Both the position numbers and the translations under genes were made by a program. 33,825 bases of DNA. Origin: a virus (Duplodnaviria; Heunggongvirae; Uroviricota; Caudoviricetes). The notes below the pieces were generated by a model. The model searched no databases and had not been told where the DNA came from. It saw only the letters and a program-made list of their open reading frames with translations. Shown here in pieces: positions 7,170 to 14,987 of the stretch (position 1 is its first letter; every line of letters begins with the position of its first letter). Location of the stretch: the IMG/VR virus record IMGVR_UViG_3300045988_128742; one strand, given 5' to 3'.

Positions 7170-7822
7170 TGAGTAATAAATATTGCCAGGCGCTGGCGGA
7201 ACTGCGGAACAAACCAGCCCATGAACTGAAGGAAGTGGGCGATCAGTGGCGCACGCCGGACAACATTTTCTGGGGAATTAACACCCTGTTTGGCCCGTTT
7301 GTTCTGGATCTGTTCACTGACGGTGATAACGCCAAATGTGCTGCGTATTACACGGCGGAAGACAACGCGCTGGCGCATGACTGGTCAGAACGCCTTGCGG
7401 AGCTTAAAGGTGCTGCCTTTGGTAATCCCCCATACAGCCGCGCCAGTCAGCATGAGGGGCAATACATCACCGGCATGCGTTACATCATGAAGCATGCCAG
7501 TGCCATGCGTGATAAAGGCGGGCGCTATGTTTTCCTGATCAAAGCTGCCACCAGCGAAGTGTGGTGGCCGGAAGATGCAGATCATATTGCTTTTATTCGC
7601 GGGCGTATTGGTTTTGAACTGCCTGCCTGGTTTATCCCGAAGGATGAGAAGCAGGTGCCGACAGGCGCTTTCTTCGCTGGTGCTATTGCTGTTTTCGACA
7701 AGACCTGGAAGGGACCGGCAATCAGCTACATCGGGCGCGATGAACTTGAGGCATGTGGTGAGGCCTTTCTGGCGCAGGTTCGCCAGCAGGCAGAAAAACT
7801 GGTCAGGGAGATGGCGGCATGA
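7169..7822 (+). CDS. Phage N6-adenine DNA methyltransferase (Dam-like orphan MTase)
   Basis: Contains the NPPY catalytic motif (AAFGNPPYSR). ATG at 7169 overlaps the upstream stop as TAATG; the track ORF begins at an upstream GTG (7136). Confidence 0.8.
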   Translation: MSNKYCQALAELRNKPAHELKEVGDQWRTPDNIFWGINTLFGPFVLDLFTDGDNAKCAAYYTAEDNALAHDWSERLAELKGAAFGNPPYSRASQHEGQYITGMRYIMKHASAMRDKGGRYVFLIKAATSEVWWPEDADHIAFIRGRIGFELPAWFIPKDEKQVPTGAFFAGAIAVFDKTWKGPAISYIGRDELEACGEAFLAQVRQQAEKLVREMAA

Positions 7823-8145
7823 CGACGTTAACTCAATGCCAGCAGCAGGTGCTGGATATGCTGATTTCTTATCAGAAAGAACGTGGCTTCCCGCCAACCA
7901 ATCAGGAGGTGGCAACCATGCTGGGATACCGTTCAGTGAATGCAGCGGTGGAGCATCTTCGCGCACTGGAGAAAAAAGGCGTCATCACGATAAAGCGTGG
8001 CGTGGCCCGGGGCATCACGCTTCATACCGCGGTGAAGGACGACGACAGCGAGGCGGTCGGGATTATCCGCGCACTGCTTGCCGGTGAGGCAAACGCCAGG
8101 CTGCGTGCAGCCCACTGGTTACATGAGAGGGGCCTGAAAGTATGA
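7819..8145 (+). CDS. LexA N-terminal DNA-binding-domain-only protein (no S24 peptidase domain)
   Basis: 108 aa. Residues 1-70 align convincingly by eye with the E. coli LexA winged-helix domain (QQQVLDMLISYQKERGFPPTNQEVATMLGYRSVNAAVEHLRALEKKGVI vs LexA [50 protein letters not shown]); the C-terminus has no Ser/Lys dyad. ATGA overlap with the upstream gene. Confidence 0.75.
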   Translation: MTTLTQCQQQVLDMLISYQKERGFPPTNQEVATMLGYRSVNAAVEHLRALEKKGVITIKRGVARGITLHTAVKDDDSEAVGIIRALLAGEANARLRAAHWLHERGLKV

Positions 8146-8531
8146 AGCTAATACTGCCTTTTCCGCCCAGCGTGAACACGTACTGGCGACACCCCAACAA
8201 AGGGGCGCTTGCAGGTAAGAGCCTGATAAGCGCGGCGGGGCGAAAATTCCAGAGCGCAGCGTGTGCAGCCATCATTGAGCAGTTACGTCGTTTGCCGAAA
8301 CCAACGTCGGCACCAGCTTCAGTGGAGATCGTGTTGTTTCCTCCGGATAACCGGCTTCGCGATCTGGACAACTATAACAAGGCGCTGTTTGACGCCCTGA
8401 CCCACGCGGGTGTGTGGGTGGACGACAGTCAGGTGAAAAGAATGCTGGTGGAGTGGGGACCGGTTATCCCGGAAGGGAAGGTCGAGATCACTATCAGTAA
8501 GTACGAGAAAACGGCGGGTGCAGCCGTCTGA
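8142..8531 (+). CDS. rusA: RusA-family Holliday junction resolvase
   Basis: 129 aa; conserved core RLRDLDNYNKALFDALTHAGVWVDDSQV matches the RusA catalytic-Asp region from memory. Confidence 0.8.
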   Translation: MKLILPFPPSVNTYWRHPNKGALAGKSLISAAGRKFQSAACAAIIEQLRRLPKPTSAPASVEIVLFPPDNRLRDLDNYNKALFDALTHAGVWVDDSQVKRMLVEWGPVIPEGKVEITISKYEKTAGAAV

Positions 8532-8550
8532 TTAAGAGGAGAAACGAAGT

Positions 8551-9360
8551 ATGAATAATCTGATGGTCATTGATGGTATTGAAGTTCGTCGTGATGCTTA
8601 TGGGCGTTACAGCCTGAACGATCTGCATCGCGCAGCAGTAGCATCTGGTGCAAATGCCAGAACCAAGGAGCCAGGAAAGTTTCTTTCCAGCCAACAAACT
8701 GTTGAGCTTGTTCATGAATTAACCAACACCCAGAATTTGGGTGTTGACCCGGTGAGTGTGATTCATGGGGGAAATGAACGGGGAACGTATGTCTGTAAGG
8801 AACTGGTGTATGCCTATGCAATGTGGATCAGCCCGTCATTCCATCTGAAGGTGATCCGTACTTTCGATATGGTAACCAGCGCGCCGGAAAAGTTATCCGG
8901 ACAGGCTGCTGACAAGATGCAGGCTGGCGTGATCCTGCTGGACTTTATGCGCCGGGAGTTAAATCTGTCTAACTCTTCAGTGCTTGGTGCCTGTCAGAAA
9001 CTCCAGGAGGCTGTTGGCTTACCGAATCTGGCACCGCGCTATGCCATTGATGCTCCTGCTGACGCGCCTGATGGCTCAAGCCGCCCCACGCTGTCACTGA
9101 GTGCACTGCTGAAGCAGTATGGTATTCGCCTGACAGCTAATCAGGCATATCACCAGATGGCGAAGCTGGGGATCGTTGAACAACGCGAACGATACAGCCG
9201 TACCGCGATTAACAACATCAAAAAATTCTGGTCGCTGACGGCGAAAGGCTGCATGTTCGGCAAGAACATCACCAGTCCTGCAAATCCGCGCGAGACGCAG
9301 CCGCATTTCTTCGAATCCCGATTCCCTGAGCTGTTAAAGCTGCTCGATACCGTTCATTGA
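8551..9360 (+). CDS. KilA-N domain protein
   Basis: 269 aa; N-terminal segment IDGIEVRRDAYGRYSLNDLHRAA resembles the KilA-N DNA-binding domain; strong SD (AAGAGGAGAAA) upstream. Confidence 0.6.
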   Translation: MNNLMVIDGIEVRRDAYGRYSLNDLHRAAVASGANARTKEPGKFLSSQQTVELVHELTNTQNLGVDPVSVIHGGNERGTYVCKELVYAYAMWISPSFHLKVIRTFDMVTSAPEKLSGQAADKMQAGVILLDFMRRELNLSNSSVLGACQKLQEAVGLPNLAPRYAIDAPADAPDGSSRPTLSLSALLKQYGIRLTANQAYHQMAKLGIVEQRERYSRTAINNIKKFWSLTAKGCMFGKNITSPANPRETQPHFFESRFPELLKLLDTVH

Positions 9361-9361
9361 G

Positions 9362-10357
9362 GTGACCGTGAGAGCACTACTGACCCCTGAAATTGCCCCG
9401 CGTATGGGGATCGTATTGTTCAGACCAGGTTCAGAGCTGATGCCCCTGTTTATGCAGGGGCGTGTCCTGCTGGAGCCTGAGCCGGAACGTTATTCATCTT
9501 TCGCCAGTGGTGCCGTTCCGGCGGCATCACAACCGCTGGCGGATGATCCTGCCGTTCAGGCCGTGTTCCGCAATGAGGCAGTGATCCGTCGTGCTGGTGG
9601 CGTGGAATGTCTTGAAAGCTGGTTACTTCGTGAAAAAGGCTGCCAGTGGCCTCATTCCGACTGGCACAGCGAGAACATGACCACAATGCGACACGCTCCG
9701 GGCGCAATCCGTCTGTGCTGGCACTGCGATAACCAGCTGCGCGATCAATTCACGGAACGGCTGGAATCAATGGCAACGGATAACTGTGCCCGCTGGGTGT
9801 TGTCTGTCGTGCGTCGGGATCTCGGTTTTGATGATAGTCACGTTGTGACAATGCCGGAACTGTGCTGGTGGCTGGTTCGTAATGACCTGGCGGATGCCTT
9901 ACCGGAAAGCGCAGCCCGTAAGGCACTGAGATTACCGAAGCCTGTTGTGCCGTCTGTCACCCGGGAAAGTGACCTTGTGCCTTCGGTTCCTGCCACCAGC
10001 ATCATCCAGGATAAAGCGAAAAAGGTGCTGGCGCTGAAAGTGGATCCGGAGTCGCCGGAGTCTTTTATGTTACGTCCCAAACGTCGCCGCTGGGTTAACG
10101 AAAAGTACACGCGCTGGGTTAAGACGCAGCCGTGTGCATGTTGTGGAAAGCCTGCAGATGATCCCCACCACCTGATAGGCCACGGTCAGGGTGGAATGGG
10201 TACAAAAGCGCATGACCTCTTCGTGCTGCCTTTGTGCAGAAAGCATCACGACGAGCTGCATGCGGATACCGTGGTATTTGAAGAAAAGTATGGCTCTCAG
10301 TTGGAGCTGATATTTCGTTTTATCGATCGTGCGCTGGCAATTGGCGTGCTGGCCTGA
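9362..10357 (+). CDS. DUF968-like phage protein with C-terminal HNH/zinc-finger-like motif
   Basis: 331 aa; C-terminus CACCGKPADDPHHL...LCRKHHDELH is an HNH-like Cys/His cluster typical of DUF968 proteins in lambdoid nin regions. GTG start as in the track. Confidence 0.55.
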   Translation: MTVRALLTPEIAPRMGIVLFRPGSELMPLFMQGRVLLEPEPERYSSFASGAVPAASQPLADDPAVQAVFRNEAVIRRAGGVECLESWLLREKGCQWPHSDWHSENMTTMRHAPGAIRLCWHCDNQLRDQFTERLESMATDNCARWVLSVVRRDLGFDDSHVVTMPELCWWLVRNDLADALPESAARKALRLPKPVVPSVTRESDLVPSVPATSIIQDKAKKVLALKVDPESPESFMLRPKRRRWVNEKYTRWVKTQPCACCGKPADDPHHLIGHGQGGMGTKAHDLFVLPLCRKHHDELHADTVVFEEKYGSQLELIFRFIDRALAIGVLA

Positions 10358-10374
10358 TTTTGTGGAGAAAGTTG

Positions 10375-10752
10375 ATGCGTGATATTCAAATGGTTCTGGA
10401 TCGTTGGGGAGCATGGGCGGCGAGTGATAGTTCAGGAGTAGACTATTCTCCTATAGCTGCTGGGTTTAAAGGGCTTCTTCCCTATACAAGCAAAACACGT
10501 CAGGCATGTTCAGATAGTGATGCATTAATTATTGAAGGTTGTCTTGCTCGTCTAAGGCAAAAAAGGCCGGACGAACATTCGCTTCTTGTTGCCCATTACC
10601 TATACGGTATCTCTAAAAGAAAGCTCGCCAAGGCTCGTAAAAAGGATGAGAAACTAATACGCATTGAGATACAGATGGCTGAGGGGTTTATTGATGGCTG
10701 CCTATCGATGCTGGAAATTAGTCTAGAGATGGACCCCGAAATTAAAGATTGA
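10375..10752 (+). CDS. Q: Late-gene antiterminator Q (phage 21-type, Phage_antitermQ family)
   Basis: N-terminus MRDIQMVLDRWGAWAA and C-terminal AEGFIDGCL motif match the Q21-type antiterminator family as recalled. ATG at 10375 with GGAGA SD; the track ORF starts at an upstream TTG. Confidence 0.8.
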   Translation: MRDIQMVLDRWGAWAASDSSGVDYSPIAAGFKGLLPYTSKTRQACSDSDALIIEGCLARLRQKRPDEHSLLVAHYLYGISKRKLAKARKKDEKLIRIEIQMAEGFIDGCLSMLEISLEMDPEIKD

Positions 10753-10759
10753 TTATTGA

Positions 10760-10783
10760 AGCCCGATTACTCGGGCTTTTGTT
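10760..10783 (+). terminator. Intrinsic terminator just downstream of Q
   Basis: Stem AGCCCG / CGGGCT with 6-nt loop followed by TTTGTT on the plus strand; the opposite-strand gene's stop codon lies in the loop. Confidence 0.6.
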
Positions 10784-11436
10784 CCACATCTCGAACATAG
10801 AGAATTACTGCTGACTTAATGTCACCATCGACGTGTTTTGCGTTAATGCTCAAATGTACAGGCTTTCTTTCCCACTCAGCTCGCTGCAATGCTTCTTTGT
10901 TTCCGGATTCATCAAGGAAAACATCCTGAACTACGCAGGTTAGACGTTGGTCGGTATCTACGCGTCGGACCTTAACTTTGAAACTCTCTGGGTCAGTATT
11001 ATTGACTTCTTCAATTCGGTAAATACCATCAATCCTCATTTCTGATGAACGTCTACGAGCATTCGTAACCAACTCTTTCGCCATTTCAGAATCAATAGTA
11101 ACGCCATCAATTTGAGCGTTATCTGAACGCACAAAGGATTTGACCATTTGGGTTTTAGCGTCATACGACATACGGTCCATGTTATCGAGAAGTGGTTTTT
11201 CCGCAATCATTTCTGAAATAACCCGCAGGCGTTTAGTTTCTTGCTCGCTCATGATCTGCATAGTCCGGAGATGTTCTTTCTCTCCATCCTTAGCAATTTC
11301 TGCAAGGCGAATATCTTTACGGTTGTCCAAGAACCGTTTAAATACTGTTACTCCGCCCCAGATGACTGCTGCGCCGAGAACAGTAAACATGATCTCAGTT
11401 GCGTTCATTTTACCAACAAGTTCCTGTGTGAGTTTG

Positions 11437-11445
11437 GTTAAAAAG
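11437..11445. repeat. Target-site duplication (left copy), GTTAAAAAG
   Basis: 9-bp direct repeat identical to 12497-12505, immediately flanking the IS inverted repeats. Confidence 0.85.
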
Positions 11446-12496
11446 GGCGTTGTTGCTCAAATCAGGGAACTATCCCGCAGTTTGGTGATCTGATCTCTTA
11501 GGTTCACCACCGGGAGCGCCAGATGGGCAAGTCCAAGCACAAGATCAGCAACTGGAAACAGTACAACCAAGCCTTGGTGCAACGTGGTTCGTTGACCGTC
11601 TGGATGGATGAGCAAGCCATCCAGCAGTGGCATTGCCAGACCCATCATGGCCGCCGAGGGCGAGGCTTCCATTACAGCGACTCCGCCATTGAAACCGCGC
11701 TGATGCTCAAGGCGGTATTCAAGCTACCGCTGCGTGCCTTGGAAGGCTTCATCAACTCGCTGTTCCAGCTGATGAATGTGCCCTTACAGTCGCCGGACTA
11801 CAGCTGTATCAGCAAGCGCGCCAAGACGGTCGAAATCAAGTACCGCCTACCGAGCCATGGCCCAGTAGCTCACCTGGTCATCGATGCCACCGGACTCAAG
11901 GTCTATGGCGAGGGCGAATGGAAAATTCGCAAGCACGGCAAGGAGAAACGCCGCGTCTGGCGCAAGCTTCACCTGGCCGTAGATGCGGCGACCCATGCCA
12001 TCGTCGCAGCCGAAGTCAGCCTGGAAACGGTGGGCGATAACGAGGTGCTGCCCACGCTGCTCAACCCCTTGCGCCGCAAGATAGAACAAGTCAGCGCCGA
12101 TGGTGCCTATGACACCAAAGCCTGTTATGCCCTACTACAAAAGAAGGGCGCCAAGGCCACCATACCGCCGAGAAAAAATGCGGCATTCTGGAAGACAGGC
12201 CATCCACGCAACGAGGCGGTTGCCGCGCTCAAGGCAGGAGAGCTGGAGCAATGGAAAAAGGACTCTGGCTATCATCAGCGCTCGATAGCTGAGACCGCCA
12301 TGTATCGCTTCAAGCAGCTCATCGGTCCGAAACTGAGTCTGCGGAGCTACAACGCCCAGGTGGGTGAGATCCTGGCTGGGGTAAAAGTCATGAACAAGGT
12401 CATAGGGCTTGGTATGCCCATTCGGCAGGCCGTCAACTAAGCCCGCCCGGCGGGTTGGGGAGCGAGTATCCGACTTTGGATTTGATCAACAAGGCC
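11446..12496 (+). mobile_element. IS903-group (IS5 family) insertion sequence, 1051 bp
   Basis: 18-bp terminal inverted repeats GGCGTTGTTGCTCAAATC (11446-11463) and GGCCTTGTTGATCAAATC (reverse complement of 12479-12496) flank one transposase gene, with a perfect 9-bp target duplication. Confidence 0.9.
11523..12440 (+). CDS. IS903-family transposase
   Basis: 305 aa; N-terminus MGKSKHKISNWKQYNQALVQRGSLT and core GEGEWK.RKHGKE.RR.WRKLHLAVD match IS903/IS102 transposase from memory. Confidence 0.9.
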   Translation: MGKSKHKISNWKQYNQALVQRGSLTVWMDEQAIQQWHCQTHHGRRGRGFHYSDSAIETALMLKAVFKLPLRALEGFINSLFQLMNVPLQSPDYSCISKRAKTVEIKYRLPSHGPVAHLVIDATGLKVYGEGEWKIRKHGKEKRRVWRKLHLAVDAATHAIVAAEVSLETVGDNEVLPTLLNPLRRKIEQVSADGAYDTKACYALLQKKGAKATIPPRKNAAFWKTGHPRNEAVAALKAGELEQWKKDSGYHQRSIAETAMYRFKQLIGPKLSLRSYNAQVGEILAGVKVMNKVIGLGMPIRQAVN

Positions 12497-12505
12497 GTTA
12501 AAAAG
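12497..12505. repeat. Target-site duplication (right copy), GTTAAAAAG
   Basis: Identical to 11437-11445. Confidence 0.85.
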
Positions 12506-13020
12506 CCATCAATGTTGATTTCTACTATTGAAGAACCCTGTTCTACCGTAACTTCTATTTCTAGGGCATCAAGTTCTTCTTTGGTCAGTTTGCGGACGTC
12601 AGGGACACCGTACTTGGCAAGGGCATATGATTTGTTGATTTGAGCTTGCATTTCAACAAATCCCTTCATAACTGAAGGTGTTAGCGATCTGTTGAATTTT
12701 TCACCGGTTAATCTGATGGTAAGGTTTGGCCATCCGTTGAAACTTAAACTGTCAGGTAAACCATAACCATCAAGATAGCTTTCAAGCAAATCGAAGGCTT
12801 GCTGCTCAGATTCAATGTCTACATGAATCTCATCAAACTTATCCAAAAATATGTCCTCATTCTAAGCCAACTGTCACCGTGAGGTTTGGCAACGCCTGCT
12901 TTATTTTTCGTTTTAAGCTGTGTGGCAAAAAAATAATGGAAAAACAGATAAAAATCACTAACGCGGTCCGCATTTTCTAGATTACTGTGTTAAGAGTGGT
13001 TACTTCGCCACACAACTTAA

Positions 13021-13044
13021 ACCCGCCGCTGAGCGGTTTTTTTG
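13021..13044 (+). terminator. Intrinsic terminator in the intergenic region upstream of the late genes
   Basis: GC stem (CCGC...GCGG) followed by seven T on the plus strand, directly after a 14-bp long-range inverted repeat (12913-12926 / 13007-13020). Confidence 0.5.
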
Positions 13045-13165
13045 TACCTGTAAACTTGGTGCAGCACAGTAAACACGCTGGTGGTCGTGAATACTGACTT
13101 TTTATCTTGCTGGCTTTTTAGACAAGAGTTATTGGTATGTCATGTTAACCAGAAGGGAAAAAGAC

Positions 13166-13369
13166 ATGCTAAAACAGCAAGATATGACAGAAACCGCCGC
13201 CGCAGTCCTTCATTTCTTACCTGCTGACAAGTGGGTAACGCCACGCATGATGACGAGAACTACCGGAGTAAGCGAAGCCCGGTGCCAGTTAATACTGACT
13301 CAGTTAGTTCTGGCGGGTCTGGCGAAGGATAACGGCGGGTACGGGAATAAATTCAGACGCTGCCAGTAA
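13166..13369 (+). CDS. Small putative winged-helix DNA-binding protein
   Basis: Track ORF 13142-13369; second ATG (13166) has a better SD (AAGGGA). HTH-like segment TPRMMTRTTGVSEARCQLILTQL. Confidence 0.4.
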   Translation: MLKQQDMTETAAAVLHFLPADKWVTPRMMTRTTGVSEARCQLILTQLVLAGLAKDNGGYGNKFRRCQ

Positions 13370-13519
13370 TGGCGGTTTCCTGCTGTGAAAATGGGCGGCT
13401 GGTGGGTGTTGGTAGCACCTGCCAGCCATTCGCTCATGCCTACTGGTCACAAGCGAACCACGGCCCACTGCTTTAGCGCAAAAGCAGAGTGAGCCTACCA
13501 GAGTTACGCTTACTGATCC

Positions 13520-14572
13520 ATGAAAAATACTGTAAAAATAAACAGTGTTGATTTAATCAACGCTGATTGCCTGCATTTTATTCAGTCCCTGCCTGATGAT
13601 TCCATTGACCTGATTGTTACCGATCCGCCTTACTTCAAGGTGAAACCTAACGGTTGGGACAATCAGTGGAAAGGGGACGAAGATTACCTTAAGTGGCTGG
13701 ACCACTGTCTGGCCCAGTTCTGGCGGGTGTTAAAACCTGCCGGAAGCCTTTACCTGTTCTGTGGACATCGCCTGGCATCTGATATTGAGATCATGATGCG
13801 TGAACGTTTCAACGTGCTTAACCATATCATCTGGGCGAAGCCGTCCGGACGTTGGAATGGGTGTAATAAAGAAAGTCTGCGCGCATATTTTCCTGCCACA
13901 GAGCGCGTTCTGTTTGCTGAACATTACCAGGGGCCATATCGCGGCAAAAGTGACGGCTATGCGGCAAAAGAAAGGGAACTCAAACAGCACATAATGGCAC
14001 CGCTGATATCGTATTTCAGGGATGCTCGTGCCGAACTGGGTATAACGGCAAAACAAATTGCCGAAGCCACAGGTAAGAAAAATATGGTTTCCCACTGGTT
14101 TGGTGCCAGTCAGTGGCAGTTGCCGAATGAGGCTGACTATCGGAAGTTACAGGCACTGTTTTCCCGTATAGCGGCAGAGAAGTTTCAGGAACAACAACTG
14201 GAACAACCACACCACCAGCTGGTGGCATCTTATGATTCACTGAATCGCAAATATTCTGAATTGCTGGATGAGTTTAAATCTCTCCGGCGCTATTTCTCCG
14301 TATCAGTCTCCGTGCCTTATACCGATGTCTGGACGCATAAACCCGTTCAGTTCTACCCGGGTAAACATCCGTGCGAGAAACCGGCGGATATGCTCCGGCA
14401 AATAATCAATGCCAGTAGTCGACCTGGTGATCTGGTTGCTGATTTCTTTATGGGATCCGGTTCCACAATAAAAGCAGCAATGGCGCTGGGGCGTCGGGCG
14501 TTAGGTGTTGAACTTGAGTCAGAGCGGTTTAATCAGACGGTGAAAGAGGTAAGTGAACTGGTGGGGAAATAA
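13520..14572 (+). CDS. Beta-class DNA methyltransferase (N6-adenine or N4-cytosine), orphan
   Basis: 350 aa; catalytic DPPY motif near the N-terminus (LIVTDPPYF) and AdoMet-binding FxGxG motif near the C-terminus (DFFMGSGST), i.e. beta-class motif order. No restriction endonuclease candidate adjacent. Confidence 0.8.
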   Translation: MKNTVKINSVDLINADCLHFIQSLPDDSIDLIVTDPPYFKVKPNGWDNQWKGDEDYLKWLDHCLAQFWRVLKPAGSLYLFCGHRLASDIEIMMRERFNVLNHIIWAKPSGRWNGCNKESLRAYFPATERVLFAEHYQGPYRGKSDGYAAKERELKQHIMAPLISYFRDARAELGITAKQIAEATGKKNMVSHWFGASQWQLPNEADYRKLQALFSRIAAEKFQEQQLEQPHHQLVASYDSLNRKYSELLDEFKSLRRYFSVSVSVPYTDVWTHKPVQFYPGKHPCEKPADMLRQIINASSRPGDLVADFFMGSGSTIKAAMALGRRALGVELESERFNQTVKEVSELVGK

Positions 14573-14648
14573 TTCTGGTGGCCACGTTGCGTGGCCTTTT
14601 TATTTCCAACACAGCACCCGCAAATATCGCGAGGTGAGAGATGACGAA

Positions 14649-14984
14649 ATGCCTCATAACCCAAATACCTGGCCGGACTGGCTGGAGTTGTTTCAGAGCT
14701 GGTGGCGTGGAGACACACCGCTGGGTGCAGTGATTATGTCGATCGTTATGGCTGGTTTGCGCATCGCCTATTTTGGCGGTGGTGGTGGCTGGAAGCGAAA
14801 AACGCTCGAGATTTTGCTATGTGGCGCTCTGACGCTGACCTTTGCATCCGCTCTTGAGTATGTCGGATGGCCTAAATCGCTTTCTGTTGCCATTGGTGGT
14901 GGCGTGGGGCTGATCGGTGTCGATGCTATTCGTGGGGCTGCAATGCGAGTAATCGGTAACAAATTTGGTAGCTCGAAGGAGTAA
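14649..14984 (+). CDS. Holin, lambda S-like class I
   Basis: Three hydrophobic segments and a charged C-terminus; pattern resembles lambda S. The start is uncertain: an in-frame GTG at 14553 with AGAGG SD is an alternative. Confidence 0.7.
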   Translation: MPHNPNTWPDWLELFQSWWRGDTPLGAVIMSIVMAGLRIAYFGGGGGWKRKTLEILLCGALTLTFASALEYVGWPKSLSVAIGGGVGLIGVDAIRGAAMRVIGNKFGSSKE

Positions 14985-14987
14985 TTT

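Larger units (their letters stand above)
10767..12846 (-). pseudogene. IS-interrupted accessory gene encoding a 339-aa single-pass membrane protein of unknown function
   Basis: N-terminal part 12846-12497 (TTG start, GAGGA SD) and C-terminal part 11436-10767 are in the same frame once the IS and one duplication copy are removed; inferred junction ...NIDGFLT-KLTQELVGK-MNATEIMF.... Predicted TM helix EIMFTVLGAAVIWGGVTVF. Confidence 0.65.

Noticed and set aside
7385-8087. ORFs 7385-7966 (minus) and 7575-8087 (plus)
   Set aside because: Overlap the Dam-like and LexA-like genes in alternative frames or antisense; Arg/Ser-rich translations without motifs.
13370-13519. A tRNA or the late promoter in the interval upstream of the beta-class methyltransferase
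   Set aside because: No T-arm (GGTTCGANTCC-like) or cloverleaf could be folded; one hairpin (CTGCTTT-AGCGCA-AAAGCAG) lacks a following T-tract and no convincing -35/-10 pair was found, so nothing is called.
14553-14648. N-terminal 32 residues of the track ORF as part of the holin
   Set aside because: Not rejected outright: the GTG at 14553 has a reasonable SD but overlaps the methyltransferase 3' end by 20 nt and would add a long hydrophilic leader atypical of lambda S-like holins. The ATG at 14649 is preferred and the alternative is noted.
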